The notes below the pieces were generated by a model. That model made no database searches and was not told the DNA's origin. It saw only the letters and a program-made list of their open reading frames with translations. Made by a program: the position numbers and the translations under genes. A DNA stretch of 64,000 nt, taken from assembly GCA_050012235.1 (NCBI GenBank), contig JBEKHP010000015.1:3007-67006 (forward strand), in the 5' to 3' direction. This document shows positions 1-10,542 of the stretch, in pieces. Source of the DNA: Candidatus Acidiferrales bacterium. GTDB taxonomy: Bacteria > Acidobacteriota > Terriglobia > Acidiferrales > UBA7541. The first letter of the stretch is position 1, and every line of letters starts with the position of its first letter.

Positions 1-1904
1 AGCGCCACTTGCGGAGCTGTGTCGGTGTCCGCGCCGGTGAAATTCCGTCCGCGCAGCAGGGGAATGCTGAGCGCGTCGATGTAGCTCGGCGAGACCATGT
101 GGAAGTCGGGATGCGGAAACTTTCCCGGGTCGGGAGTGGGCAAGCCTTCCATTGTGATGTCAGCCCGATTGTGATTGCCTGACAAAGGGAGAACGGTCCC
201 GAGAGCCGCGGTATCTACGCCAGGCAACGCGCGAACTTTATCGAGAACTTGCCGCCAGAAATTCCGAGTTGTTTCCGGTTGGGAGTACTGCGCGGTGCGC
301 AAATTTATTTCCATGGTGAGTACCCGCTCGGGCCGAAATCCGGGATCCACCTGCAGCAGACGATACATACTTTTCATCATTAGGCCCGCGCCGACGAGAA
401 GGACGAGAGCGAGCGCTGTCTCGGCCATCACCAGCAGGCCACGCAAGCGATGCTGCGCGGCGCTGGCTGTGGAGCTTCGACCACCGTCCTTCAATGTTTC
501 CTGGACGTGCGGCCGCGAAGCTTGCCAGGCTGGAACGAGACCGAAGGCGATGGCAACGAATACGACCATCACGGCGCTGAAGAGCAGGACGCTGCGGTCC
601 ATTCCGATGTGGTTTGGATGGAATTGCAACCTGCGCAGGCCTTCGATTCCGAGTGCTCCGAAGAGAATTCCTAATCCGCCGCCGAGGAAGGCGAGTAGAA
701 AACTCTCGGTGAGCATCTGACGGATTAGCCGCTCGCGACTCGCGCCGCAGGCTTGGCGGACGGCAATCTCTCTGGCACGGGCCGCTCCACGCACGAGAAA
801 CAAGTTGGCGACGTTGACGCAGGCGATGAGGAGAACAAACACAACGGCGCCAAAAAGTACAAGTATTGGCGAGCGACTGTCGCCTATTAGATCGTCTCGG
901 AGGGTAGCCATGCTGATTCCGACGCCGCTATTTGTGGCGGGATACTCTTTTCGGAGATTTGCGGCAATCGTGTCCATTTCCGCTTGGGCCTGGAGTAAGG
1001 TGGCACCGGACGCGAGCCGGCCGAGAGCGTCCATGTCTCCGCGGTCTCCGCGGTCCGCCATATCTGCATCCCCGGCCCAGACGCCAATGGGAGCCAGCAC
1101 GTCCGCCTTCTCGGGAAGCCGAATGTTCGGAGGAAGGACGCCGATGGTGGTGAAACTTCGGCCGTCGAGCGTGATGCTTTTCCCGACGGCATTGGGATCT
1201 GCGCCCAAATGGGACTGCCACAAAGCGTAACTTAAAAGAACGACGGGCGCAGTGCCGGGAGCGTCTTCGGATGGCAGGAAATCCCGGCCGAGAACGGGCC
1301 GCACACCCAACATCGAGAGGCAATTCGCTGACACGGCATAGCCGCTGATATTTTCAGGTTGAGCGACACCCGACAAATTGAACTCCCGGTTGTTGATGGC
1401 AGCCATTTGGCCGAAAGTTCTGCTCTGTTTTCGCCAATCGAGAAAATCAGGATAGGAAGGAGAATGAGGCCCCACGCTCTGCGTCGTTTCCCTGAGAACG
1501 ATCAGTTGCTGAGGATTCGCGTACGGCAGAGGGCGAAGGAGCACAGCGTTGACGACAGAAAAGATGGCGGTGTTTGCGCCAATACCGAGGGCGAGAGTGA
1601 GGACAGCGACGGCGGTGAAGCCGGGGTTTTTGCGGAGCATGCGGGCGCCGTAGCGCAAATCCTGGAAGAGGGAATCGAGCCAGGCGCCGGCGCGGACTTC
1701 GCGGACTTGTTCTTTCACTTGCTCGACGCCGCCTAGTTCGATTTGTGCTGAGCGGCGCGCTTCTTCCGGGCTGATACCTTGGCGTATTTTTTCCTCGGCC
1801 AGCAGATCGACGTATCCGCGTACTTCCGTATCGAGTTCCTGGTCGTTTGGGCGCTTGCCGAATATGTTTCGCATGAAGCTGATCAGGCGCGAAAACATGG
1901 GCAT
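1..1904 (-). CDS. ADOP-family (MacB/FtsX-like) ABC-type permease, partial; C-terminal part lies off the left edge
   Basis: The minus-strand frame is open from ATG at 1904 (GGAGG 7 nt upstream) to position 1. It is absent from the ORF track because it has no in-window stop. My own translation starts [111 protein letters not shown]. This is the same hallmark N-terminus as the neighbouring 903 aa paralog. Confidence 0.85.
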   Translation of the reverse strand, partial: MPMFSRLISFMRNIFGKRPNDQELDTEVRGYVDLLAEEKIRQGISPEEARRSAQIELGGVEQVKEQVREVRAGAWLDSLFQDLRYGARMLRKNPGFTAVAVLTLALGIGANTAIFSVVNAVLLRPLPYANPQQLIVLRETTQSVGPHSPSYPDFLDWRKQSRTFGQMAAINNREFNLSGVAQPENISGYAVSANCLSMLGVRPVLGRDFLPSEDAPGTAPVVLLSYALWQSHLGADPNAVGKSITLDGRSFTTIGVLPPNIRLPEKADVLAPIGVWAGDADMADRGDRGDMDALGRLASGATLLQAQAEMDTIAANLRKEYPATNSGVGISMATLRDDLIGDSRSPILVLFGAVVFVLLIACVNVANLFLVRGAARAREIAVRQACGASRERLIRQMLTESFLLAFLGGGLGILFGALGIEGLRRLQFHPNHIGMDRSVLLFSAVMVVFVAIAFGLVPAWQASRPHVQETLKDGGRSSTASAAQHRLRGLLVMAETALALVLLVGAGLMMKSMYRLLQVDPGFRPERVLTMEINLRTAQYSQPETTRNFWRQVLDKVRALPGVDTAALGTVLPLSGNHNRADITMEGLPTPDPGKFPHPDFHMVSPSYIDALSIPLLRGRNFTGADTDTAPQVA

Positions 1905-1930
1905 GTTTCGACCTCCGAATTAGGTGTGCT

Positions 1931-4642
1931 TCATTCGTACCTTAGGGCTTCCATGGGATCGACCCTTGCTGCGCGCCAGGCTGGGATGCAACTTGCCAGT
2001 GAGGCCGCCACAAATATCGCCGCCACAGCTGCGATCAGCAGGACTGGGCTATCCAGCTGGACGCCGATTAGCAAACTCCGCAGCAGCTTCGCAATGCCGA
2101 AGGCTGCTATGAGGCCCGCCGCGCTTCCTAGGATCACGAGTCTCAATCCCTGCCACAACACCGAACTGAGCGCATCGCGGGGGTGGGCGCCGAGCGCGAG
2201 CCGCAGGCCAATTTCCTTTGTGCGCATGACGACGTTGCGGGAAAGAAGGCCATAGAGGCCCAGAGCTGTGAGGAGCAAAGCCACAGCGGCGAAGCAGGCA
2301 GAGAGAGCCATCAGCATGCGCTCTTGCCGCAGGTGCTCGGCCAGCAACTGGTTGAACGTGAACACTGTCGGCGCGGGAGCTGCCGGCGCGACTTTACGAA
2401 CAGCAGACCGGATCGCAGTTGTCGCTATCTGCGCGTTGCTGCTGCGGACGAGTACAAAAAATATGACGCCAACTCCATTCTGAGGAACCACCTGGTAAAT
2501 GGCTCGCTCTGGTGGTTGATGTAGCGATTGGAAGTGTGCGTCGGCCGCCACGCCGATTACCCGGCAGGTATCCTTGGGGTCTGCTTTGGTTTTTCCGTCG
2601 AGGGCCGGATCGTTTCCGCCCGCGAATACGAAACGGCCCACCGTTTCTTCGCCGGGGAAGAAGTTCTGCGCTGCTGAAGCGCTGAGAACGCAGACTGGGG
2701 CGCCACCGATATCGGCGCGCGCGAATCCGCGGCCCTTAAGGATGGGAGTTCCTATGGTCGCGAAGTAATCGGCGCTGACTGCTTCCTGCCACGTTTGCAT
2801 GTCGGGGTGCAGAACGCCTTTTTGGTCCAGCGAATAGTAGTGGGCCGCACTCCACCAGCCGTGCAACGGGGGCTGAGACATTACAGCGGCGGAGTCCACG
2901 CCCGGTGCGGCACCGAGAGTGTCTACGATCTGCTGTGCGAGTTGAGTCGCAACGGCGGGGGTCACTTTAGTCTCCATCAAATTGACCGCTGCCAGAACTA
3001 CTCCTTGTGGACGGAAGCCGGAATCTGCGAGCAGTAAACGAAAGAACGAGGTACCGAGAAGCGAAGCGGCTGCCATCAATACGACGCTAACGGCCACTTG
3101 TACCGGGACGATCCATCGTCCGAGAGCCTTCGAGGTTGAGCCAGTGCCGCCTTCCTTGAGTCCGAGGATCGGAGCCACGCGGCTAGCGCGCACCGCGGGC
3201 CAAGCGCCGGCTGCGAGAGCCGAGAGGACGCTTATTCCGGCGGTGAAGACGAAAACGGCCGCCTGGGGAGCAGCGTCGAGTGGAGGCGGCTGTCCTATCG
3301 CCGCCAGCATAGCGACGAGCGATTTTGCACCGGCCCATCCCAGTGCAATACCTGCCATCAGACCGAAGAAGGTGACCAGGCCAACTTCACACATTGCTTG
3401 TCGAAACAAGCGACGCCTGGACGCACCGAGCGCGCTGCGCACAGCAAACTCGCGAAGCCGACTGCTGACCCTTGCAAGGACGAGCAGGGCGGTGTTCGCG
3501 CAGCAAAGGAGCAGGACAAGGCCCACGAGAATCTCAAGCACGACGAGCGGACGTCCGTAGGTGAACCTCAGGAAGGAGCGTCCGGAACCTCCACGCTCGA
3601 CGCCGATTCGAAAAGTGGCGAAGAATCCGCCGAGAAACCGGTGACTGGGGTCCGCGTCCGCGCGAACAGATTCCTCTGTAGTGCGGAGGTTGGCCTCCGC
3701 GAGACGCAGAGACGCACCAGGTTTCAACCTGCCGATCACCGTCAACCAAAACCGGCCCGGTGCGTGCCTTAAGGGATGCGGAGCGTTCAGAATTTCCTCA
3801 AACGAGAGAGGCAAGATGATGTCGGGAGGCTGGCCAATGGCCACGCCTTGGAAACCTGCGGGGAGCACACCGATCACGGTGACTTCTGTTCCATTGATGC
3901 TTAGGGAGCGGCCGACCACATTCGTATCGGCGTGAAAATGCTGCTTCCAAAAGGGGTAGCTTAGGACGGCCTGATATCCGTTTGGGCCCCCGGCGATCTG
4001 ATCGTCTGCGTCGCTGAAAAAACGTCCGAGAAAAGGCTGCAGTTCGAGGACGCGGAACCCGTTACCAGACATGAGTTCGCCTTCAACGTTAGTAGCGAGG
4101 CCGTCTTCCTGAGCCGTGAGAGTGCCTCCGCCGCCCCAGGCGAGAAGGTCTTGATCAACGTCCTCGTGCTTGCGGAGCGCGTCGTAAAGCGGACCGGAGA
4201 GGCCGAAGTCGTGTGCGCCGGAGCGGAACGTGTAACGGACCAATTGCTGCGGGTTGGGGACGGGGAGGCTTTCCAGGATGACGGCGTAGGTGAGGGTGAA
4301 AATCGCGACGTTGGCGCCGATGCCGAGGGCGAGGGTGAGGACGGCGACGGCGGTGAAGCCGGGGTTTTTGCGGAGCATGTGGGCGCCGTAGCGCAAATCC
4401 TGGAAGAGGGAATCTAGCCAAGCACCGGCACGGGCTTCGCGCACTTGTTCCTTTACTTGCTCGACGCCGCCTAGCTCTAGGCGAGAGGTTCGTCGCGCTT
4501 CGTCGGGATTGGCGCCGGCGCGGATTTTTTCTTGCGTCAGGAGGTCGGCGTAAGAACGGACTTCGTCGTCGAGGTCGCGGTCGGCGCGGTGTTTGGCGAA
4601 GATATTTCGGAAGAAGTTTTTTATTCGCGATAGTGCGGGCAT
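1931..4642 (-). CDS. ADOP-family (acidobacterial duplicated orphan permease, MacB/FtsX-like) permease, 903 aa
   Basis: N-terminus is ...[57 protein letters not shown]. Two FtsX-type transmembrane blocks are separated by large periplasmic domains. AAGGAG lies upstream of the ATG. No adjacent ABC ATPase gene. Confidence 0.9.
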   Translation of the reverse strand: MPALSRIKNFFRNIFAKHRADRDLDDEVRSYADLLTQEKIRAGANPDEARRTSRLELGGVEQVKEQVREARAGAWLDSLFQDLRYGAHMLRKNPGFTAVAVLTLALGIGANVAIFTLTYAVILESLPVPNPQQLVRYTFRSGAHDFGLSGPLYDALRKHEDVDQDLLAWGGGGTLTAQEDGLATNVEGELMSGNGFRVLELQPFLGRFFSDADDQIAGGPNGYQAVLSYPFWKQHFHADTNVVGRSLSINGTEVTVIGVLPAGFQGVAIGQPPDIILPLSFEEILNAPHPLRHAPGRFWLTVIGRLKPGASLRLAEANLRTTEESVRADADPSHRFLGGFFATFRIGVERGGSGRSFLRFTYGRPLVVLEILVGLVLLLCCANTALLVLARVSSRLREFAVRSALGASRRRLFRQAMCEVGLVTFFGLMAGIALGWAGAKSLVAMLAAIGQPPPLDAAPQAAVFVFTAGISVLSALAAGAWPAVRASRVAPILGLKEGGTGSTSKALGRWIVPVQVAVSVVLMAAASLLGTSFFRLLLADSGFRPQGVVLAAVNLMETKVTPAVATQLAQQIVDTLGAAPGVDSAAVMSQPPLHGWWSAAHYYSLDQKGVLHPDMQTWQEAVSADYFATIGTPILKGRGFARADIGGAPVCVLSASAAQNFFPGEETVGRFVFAGGNDPALDGKTKADPKDTCRVIGVAADAHFQSLHQPPERAIYQVVPQNGVGVIFFVLVRSSNAQIATTAIRSAVRKVAPAAPAPTVFTFNQLLAEHLRQERMLMALSACFAAVALLLTALGLYGLLSRNVVMRTKEIGLRLALGAHPRDALSSVLWQGLRLVILGSAAGLIAAFGIAKLLRSLLIGVQLDSPVLLIAAVAAIFVAASLASCIPAWRAARVDPMEALRYE

Positions 4643-4670
4643 AGGTTCTGCTCCTTGTTGCTGCGCGAAC

Positions 4671-5015
4671 TTAGGAAGCTTCCAGGGCGCGGGCGATAGC
4701 CAAGGAAATTCGGCCCCAGCGCTGGGTTTCTGAGTTGAGCTGCCGGCGGCCGGCTCGAGTTAGGCGGTAAAACTTGGCGCGGCGATTATTTTCGGACTCG
4801 CCCCAGGAAGAGACGAGCCAGCCTTCTTCTTCCATGCGATGGAGAGCGGGGAAGAGGGAGCCGGGCTTGACTTGGAAGGTGCCTTTGGTGAGTTGTTCGA
4901 TGCGGCGAGAGATGCCGAGGCCGTGCATTTGGTCCAGGGCGAGGGATTTCAGAATCATCATGTCGAGGGTGCCTTGGAGAAGATTGGTTTGGTCATCGTT
5001 CCGATCTGGGGACAT
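4671..5015 (-). CDS. PadR-family transcriptional regulator
   Basis: 114 aa. The winged-helix core [53 protein letters not shown]...[15 protein letters not shown] is typical of PadR. It is the first gene of the PadR-permease-permease string. Confidence 0.92.
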   Translation of the reverse strand: MSPDRNDDQTNLLQGTLDMMILKSLALDQMHGLGISRRIEQLTKGTFQVKPGSLFPALHRMEEEGWLVSSWGESENNRRAKFYRLTRAGRRQLNSETQRWGRISLAIARALEAS

Positions 5016-5021
5016 GTTTCT

Positions 5022-5059
5022 CCTATAGACGATCTGTAGGAAAATACGTTAGCTCGTAT
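5022..5059. promoter_or_regulatory. Two inverted repeats just upstream of the padR start; candidate operator
   Basis: CCTATAGAC-G-ATCTGTAGG (5022-5040, arms match 7/9) overlaps the padR ribosome-binding site. ATACG-TTAGCT-CGTAT (5044-5059) has perfect 5 bp arms. Confidence 0.3.
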
Positions 5060-5140
5060 AGAGAGTCAATAGGAAGTTTATTTGAGGCCCCGCCCTTCCA
5101 AGGCGCCGATCGGGAGATCGGCGTTCCCGGGGAGGCGCGG

Positions 5141-5169
5141 TTGACATGACGGGGGCGTGCGGTCACAAT
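5141..5169 (+). promoter_or_regulatory. Candidate sigma70-type promoter for the M13 peptidase gene
   Basis: TTGACA (5141-5146), 17 nt spacer, CACAAT (5164-5169), about 100 nt upstream of ATG 5271. Confidence 0.35.
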
Positions 5170-5270
5170 CGGCGCGCATGGTGACGCGCCGGCTTTTGCC
5201 ACCCGATGGGACTTCTGCTCGACTCCGCACTGGCGTGTGAAATTCAAGTTTGACTGAAAGAGGAACAGCG

Positions 5271-7403
5271 ATGATTCGACGCGCTACGTTTATTTTGCTG
5301 GGTATTTTGCTGGGCATTCTGATTATGGTTTCGCCGCTGGGGCTTGCGGCGCAGAGTGCTGACTCGCGCCAAATGCTTGCGACGGTTTCGGCGGAGAGTT
5401 CTGCAGGAGGAGCATGCTACACGGCGGGCGTTCCCGACGAGCAAGGGGGGCACGGATTCGACCTGGCGAATCTGGACCGCTCGGTTTCTCCATGCGATGA
5501 CTTCTTTCAATTTGCGGACGGCGGGTGGGTGAAGAGCCATCCGATTCCGGCGGCGTATCCGTCGTGGGGCACGTTCAATAAATTGCATGAAGACAACGAG
5601 AATGCGCTGCAAAAGATCCTGGAAAAGGCTGCGGTGGACAAGAGCGCTGCGGCGGGCTCGAACTGGCAGAAGATTGGGGATTTTTATGCGAGCTGCATGG
5701 ACGAGGCGGCAATCGAAACGGCGGGAATTACGCCGCTGCAGCCGGATCTCCAGATCATCGCGAACATAAATGATGCGAAGACGCTGCAAGCGGCGATCGC
5801 GTCGTTGCAGCGTCAAGGCGTGGGCGCGGTTTTCGGTTTCGATTCAGAGCAGGATTTCAAGAACAGCACGCAAGAAATTGCGGGGGCGCGGCAGGGCGGG
5901 CTGGGGATGCCGGACAGGGATTACTACACCAGGGACGACGAGAAATCGGTGGCGTTGCGGGCGGCGTACGTGCAGCACGTGACCAATATGTTCAAGCTAG
6001 CCGGCGATGACGATGCCAAGGCGGCCGCGGAAGCGAAAACGGTGATGGACATTGAGACGTCGCTGGCGAAGGCGTCGATGACTAACGTCGAGCGACGCGA
6101 TCCGGAACACGTTTATCACAAGATGACTCTGGCGCAGCTTAAGGAACTGACCCCGCATTTTCAGTGGACCGAATATTTTGCGGAAGTAGGCGCGCCTTCC
6201 GTTTCGGACATGAATATCGGTCAGCCCGAGTTCTTCAAAGCGATGGATGCTTCGTTGACTTCGGTTCCGCTGGCGGATTGGAAGGTTTATTTGCGATGGC
6301 ACCTGATTCATAACGCGGCGCCGGGACTTTCGTCAAAATTTGTGGATGAGAATTTTAATTTTTATGGCAAGGCGCTTGTGGGAACCAAGGAACTGCTGCC
6401 GCGATGGCGGCGGTGCGTGCAGGCGACCGACAGAAGTTTGGGGGAGGCGCTGGGACAGTATTACGTGAAGGAGAATTTTCCGCCGGAAGCGAAGGCGAAA
6501 GCCATAGCGATGGTGAAGAATCTGATGGCGGCTTTGCGCGACGATCTGGCCACGCTGGATTGGATGAGTCCGGAGACGCGGAAGCAGGCGGCGGTGAAGC
6601 TCGATGCCATCGCGATCAAGATCGGGTATCCGGATAAATGGCGGGATTATTCGGCGTTTAAGGTGGATCGCGGGCCGTACGCGTCCAACGTAATTCGCAG
6701 CGGACAATTTGAGGTGGCTCGGGAACTGGCGAAGATTGGGAAGCCGGTTGATCGCACGGAGTGGGGCATGACACCGCCGACGGTGAATGCCTACTACAAC
6801 CCTTCGATGAACGAGATCGTGTTTCCGGCAGGGATTTTGCAGCCGCCTTTTTACGATGCGAAGCGCGACGATGCGATGAACTACGGCGGCATCGGAGTGG
6901 TGATTGGGCACGAGATGACGCACGGCTTTGACGATGAAGGCGCAAAATTCGACGCGCAGGGGAATTTGAAAAACTGGTGGACTCCGCAAGACCTGGCGAA
7001 TTTTAAGGCGCGTGGAGATTGCGTCGCGAAACAGTTTGACGAATTCGAAGTGGAGCCGGGGCTGCATGAGAACGGGAAGCTAGTGGAAGGGGAGAGCATC
7101 GCGGACCTGGGCGGGTTGACGATTTCTTATGCTGCGATGGAGAAATCGTTCAACGGAAAAGAGCCGGAGAAAATTGACGGCTTTACGGCTGAGCAGCGAT
7201 ATTTCATTGCGTTTGCGCAGATATGGGCGGGAAGCAATCGTCCTGAATACGCGCGAATGATAGTGGCAACAAACCCGCATCCGCTGGGGCGGTATCGCAC
7301 GAACGGGCCGGTTTCCAACACGCCGGCGTTTGCGAAGGCGTTTGGGTGCAAGGCGGATTCGCCGATGGTTCGGGCGGAAGCCTTGCGGTGTCGCATTTGG
7401 TGA
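5271..7403 (+). CDS. M13-family zinc metallopeptidase (neprilysin/PepO/endothelin-converting-enzyme-like), secreted
   Basis: HExxH present as VIGHEMTHGFDDEG. NAYYNPSMNEIVFPAGILQPPFY and GESIADLGG motifs present. N-terminal signal peptide. I moved the start from the ORF-track TTG 5250 to ATG 5271, which follows AGAGGA. Confidence 0.92.
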   Translation: MIRRATFILLGILLGILIMVSPLGLAAQSADSRQMLATVSAESSAGGACYTAGVPDEQGGHGFDLANLDRSVSPCDDFFQFADGGWVKSHPIPAAYPSWGTFNKLHEDNENALQKILEKAAVDKSAAAGSNWQKIGDFYASCMDEAAIETAGITPLQPDLQIIANINDAKTLQAAIASLQRQGVGAVFGFDSEQDFKNSTQEIAGARQGGLGMPDRDYYTRDDEKSVALRAAYVQHVTNMFKLAGDDDAKAAAEAKTVMDIETSLAKASMTNVERRDPEHVYHKMTLAQLKELTPHFQWTEYFAEVGAPSVSDMNIGQPEFFKAMDASLTSVPLADWKVYLRWHLIHNAAPGLSSKFVDENFNFYGKALVGTKELLPRWRRCVQATDRSLGEALGQYYVKENFPPEAKAKAIAMVKNLMAALRDDLATLDWMSPETRKQAAVKLDAIAIKIGYPDKWRDYSAFKVDRGPYASNVIRSGQFEVARELAKIGKPVDRTEWGMTPPTVNAYYNPSMNEIVFPAGILQPPFYDAKRDDAMNYGGIGVVIGHEMTHGFDDEGAKFDAQGNLKNWWTPQDLANFKARGDCVAKQFDEFEVEPGLHENGKLVEGESIADLGGLTISYAAMEKSFNGKEPEKIDGFTAEQRYFIAFAQIWAGSNRPEYARMIVATNPHPLGRYRTNGPVSNTPAFAKAFGCKADSPMVRAEALRCRIW

Positions 7404-7509
7404 CGATAGCCGAGGGTCAAAGCTTAGCCTTTTGCTGAAGGACTGCAAACTGCAGTGTGTGTTTTCTACGCGGTGTAGCTGCCATGCACAACCTCTTGGT
7501 GCGTCGCGG

Positions 7510-7538
7510 TTGACGCTTTCCGGTTCACCGACTAAACT
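7510..7538 (+). promoter_or_regulatory. Candidate sigma70-type promoter of the hrcA operon
   Basis: TTGACG (7510-7515), exactly 17 nt, TAAACT (7533-7538), about 60 nt upstream of the hrcA ATG. Confidence 0.4.
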
Positions 7539-7598
7539 GAAATATATGGATGGGCTGCTACGAAACAGCGGCGGCCTGGGAGTTAACCTGCGTTACAT

Positions 7599-8642
7599 AT
7601 GAGTCCGACGGTCCTGCAACAGAAACGACATCAGCAGATACTGACCGATGTGGTGCGTACATACATCGAGACCGGGGAACCGGTGTCTTCGCGCAGCATT
7701 TCGCGGATGCACATCGAGCCGTTGAGTTCCGCGACGGTGCGCAACGTGATGGCTGATCTGGAGGATGAAGGGCTGCTCTACCAGCCGCACACTTCGGCGG
7801 GACGCGTGCCGACGGCGGCGGCTTATCGTTTTTTTGTGGAGCAGGTATCGGCGCAGGCGACGGCGAGTCCGGAAGACCGGCAGTGGATTCGAAGAGAATT
7901 GGAAGCGGCGCAGACGCCGGAAGCGGTGATGGAGCGAGCGAGCCACGTCCTGGCGGCGGTTTCGCGCGGGCTGGGAATTTTTATTTCGCCGCCGCTGGCG
8001 CGCAGCGTTGTGGAGCATTTGCGATTTCTGCTTTTGCCGGACACGCGCGTGCTGGTGGTATTGATTTCCGGCGGCGGTGTGGCGCGCGACAAGTTGATTC
8101 GCCCGGAGCGTTCGTTCAAACAGGAAGACCTGGACCGCATCGCGGATTATTTGAACCGACATTATATTGGCTGGACTTTGGAAGCCATGCGCGCGGACCT
8201 GCGCAAGCAGCTGGATCGCGACCGCGAACAGTACGGGCGAATGGCGGACGACGCGCTGCTGCTTTGCGACCCCAGCATTTTGGGAGACGGCAGCGATCGA
8301 AAAATATATGTGGAAGGCGCGGCGCAGATTGCCGCTTCGCCTGATTTTACGAATCAGGAGCAGTTGCGCGAATTGCTGCAGGCCATTGAAGAAAAGGATC
8401 GGCTGATTGCGCTATTGAGCGGATGCATTGAATCGCCCGAGGCCGTGCATGTGGAACTCGGGCTTGATAAAATTTCGAATGGCGGAAAACATCTGGCGCT
8501 GGTTTCGGCGTCCTATTCGTCGAACGATCAGGTGCAGGGAACGCTCGGGATTCTGGCGCCGATGCGGATGCACTACGAGCGGGTAATCACGGCTGTGGCT
8601 TTCATGGCGCAGTTTTTCTCCGAGAATCAAGAAGGCGGTTGA
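7599..8642 (+). CDS. hrcA: Heat-inducible transcription repressor HrcA
   Basis: The N-terminal winged helix ILTDVVRTYIETGEPVSSRSISR...SSATVRNVMADLEDEGLLYQPHTSAGRVPT is diagnostic. Followed by grpE and dnaJ. Confidence 0.95.
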   Translation: MSPTVLQQKRHQQILTDVVRTYIETGEPVSSRSISRMHIEPLSSATVRNVMADLEDEGLLYQPHTSAGRVPTAAAYRFFVEQVSAQATASPEDRQWIRRELEAAQTPEAVMERASHVLAAVSRGLGIFISPPLARSVVEHLRFLLLPDTRVLVVLISGGGVARDKLIRPERSFKQEDLDRIADYLNRHYIGWTLEAMRADLRKQLDRDREQYGRMADDALLLCDPSILGDGSDRKIYVEGAAQIAASPDFTNQEQLRELLQAIEEKDRLIALLSGCIESPEAVHVELGLDKISNGGKHLALVSASYSSNDQVQGTLGILAPMRMHYERVITAVAFMAQFFSENQEGG

Positions 8643-8645
8643 GAC

Positions 8646-9245
8646 ATGGCATCGAATAATAAAGACAAAGAAAATTCAAAGCCGTTCGTGGCTACAAGCG
8701 GCGGCAAGTTGGTGGACCGGCCGGAGTCTGCGGCGGGGGAGAGTCCGGCGACGGCTCGCGCGCTGGATCCGCAAACGGAAGGCGGCGCGGCGTCAGAGGA
8801 AGTGCAAAAGCTGCTCGCCGAGAAGAAAGAATTGACGGATACGCTGGTGCGGCGGCAGGCCGACTTTGAAAATTATCGCAAGCGGATGGAGAAGGAGCGG
8901 CAACACGACCGGCATCGCGGCGTTGAATTGCTTATCGAGGGCCTCTTGCCGGTGCTGGACGCGTTTGACCGCGCGCTGGAGGGCGGCGACGATCCTCGGT
9001 ACGCGGAATATCGCAAGGGATTCGAGCTGATCCGGAAGCAATTGTGGGATTTGCTCGCGAAGCAGGGCGTAGAGCGCATTGACGCTGTGGGCAAGCTGTT
9101 CGATCCGCACCTGCACCATGCAATCGAAAGCGTTCTGACCACGGAACACGAGGAAGACACGGTGATCGCCGAAATGCAGCCTGGTTACACGTTTCACGAT
9201 CGCGTGCTGCGGCCGGCGATGGTTCGGGTGGCGAAAGAATCGTAA
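8646..9245 (+). CDS. grpE: Nucleotide exchange factor GrpE
   Basis: RRQADFENYRKRMEKE...LLPVLDAFDRAL...FDPHLHHAI... motifs. Position between hrcA and dnaJ. Confidence 0.95.
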   Translation: MASNNKDKENSKPFVATSGGKLVDRPESAAGESPATARALDPQTEGGAASEEVQKLLAEKKELTDTLVRRQADFENYRKRMEKERQHDRHRGVELLIEGLLPVLDAFDRALEGGDDPRYAEYRKGFELIRKQLWDLLAKQGVERIDAVGKLFDPHLHHAIESVLTTEHEEDTVIAEMQPGYTFHDRVLRPAMVRVAKES

Positions 9246-9337
9246 GCGGGCGGCGGGCATCGAATCTGTATCTATTTGTAGCAATCGTTCTGTGCGCGTT
9301 CAGTTCTTGGCGTTTGAATAACAATTAAAAGGGACCG

Positions 9338-10477
9338 ATGGCCGCAACGAATTCAAAAGACTTTTACGAAGTTCTGGGCGTAGAACGCGAAGCTTCGCCC
9401 GAACAGATTAAATCGGCGTATCGCAAAGCTGCCTTGCAATATCATCCTGACCGTAATCCGGAAAAGAAAACGGAAGCGGAGGAAAGCTTTCGGGCGGCCA
9501 GCGAAGCGTACGCGGTTCTTTCCGATCCGCAAAAGCGCGCGGTGTACGACCGCTACGGAGCGGCCGGGCTGGGCAGCCGCGGATTCGATACTGGGTTCAA
9601 TTCGAGCATCTTTGAAGAGTTTCAGGACATTCTCGGGGGACTGTTCGGTTTCGAGGAAGTATTGGGCGGCGGGCGGCGACGAGGCGGTCGGCAACGAGGC
9701 CAGCGGGGCGCGGATTTGCGCTACGACATGTCGCTGACGTTCGAAGAAGCCTCCACCGGAGTGAACACGAAGATTCGCATCGCGCGACACGAAGCGTGCG
9801 AGGCTTGCAAGGGCACCGGAGCGAAACCCGGCAGCGGAATGTCAACGTGCAGCACCTGCAAGGGGCACGGGCAACTGGCTTACCAACAAGGATTTTTCTC
9901 GATTACGCGGACTTGTCCGGCGTGCCAGGGAGCGGGGCAGGTGATTCGCGATATTTGCGTGACTTGCCGCGGGCAGGGACGCATCGAACGCGAGCGGACT
10001 TTGGAAGTTGGCATTCCTGCTGGCGTGGATTCGGGAACGCGTTTGCGCATGACAGGCCAAGGCGAACCCGGCACCAATGGCGGAGCGACGGGCGACCTTT
10101 ATATTTTTCTTGAGGTGAAGGAACACGCGTTTTTCGAGCGGCGCGGCGCGGACCTTTATTGCACGATTCCCATTAGTCTCACGCAGGCTTCGCTGGGAGC
10201 GACGATCAAGGTTCCGACGCTGCAGGGCGAAGACGAATTGGAGATTCCGGAAGGGACCCAGTCCGGGCAGATCTTTCGGAAGCGGTCCAAGGGCATGCCG
10301 AACCCGCATGGCGGGCGAGGGGACCTTTACATCAGCATCCGCGTTGTGATTCCCGCAAAAGTATCGCGCGAACAGCGGCGTTTGTTGGAGCAGCTTGGAG
10401 TGTCTTTAAAAGTTGAGAATAAGCCAGCCGAGCGGTCATCCAGCTTCTTTGAAAAAGTGAAAGATATCTTCGGCTAG
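9338..10477 (+). CDS. dnaJ: Molecular chaperone DnaJ
   Basis: J domain DFYEVLGV...YRKAALQYHPDRNP, a G/F-rich linker, and four CxxCxGxG zinc-finger repeats (CEACKGTG, CSTCKGHG, CPACQGAG, CVTCRGQG). Confidence 0.97.
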   Translation: MAATNSKDFYEVLGVEREASPEQIKSAYRKAALQYHPDRNPEKKTEAEESFRAASEAYAVLSDPQKRAVYDRYGAAGLGSRGFDTGFNSSIFEEFQDILGGLFGFEEVLGGGRRRGGRQRGQRGADLRYDMSLTFEEASTGVNTKIRIARHEACEACKGTGAKPGSGMSTCSTCKGHGQLAYQQGFFSITRTCPACQGAGQVIRDICVTCRGQGRIERERTLEVGIPAGVDSGTRLRMTGQGEPGTNGGATGDLYIFLEVKEHAFFERRGADLYCTIPISLTQASLGATIKVPTLQGEDELEIPEGTQSGQIFRKRSKGMPNPHGGRGDLYISIRVVIPAKVSREQRRLLEQLGVSLKVENKPAERSSSFFEKVKDIFG

Positions 10478-10542
10478 TTTTTGCCCGGCCTTCCTGTAAT
10501 TTACATCCTTCCGCGCAAGTGACTTCACGCTAGAATAGCGCC

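Noticed and set aside
5104-5123. Perfect 8 bp hairpin CGCCGATC-ggga-GATCGGCG in the padR / M13-peptidase divergent region as a terminator
   Set aside because: No T-tract follows it on either strand, and it sits upstream of both divergent genes. It is more likely a protein-binding palindrome or a chance structure. Not called.
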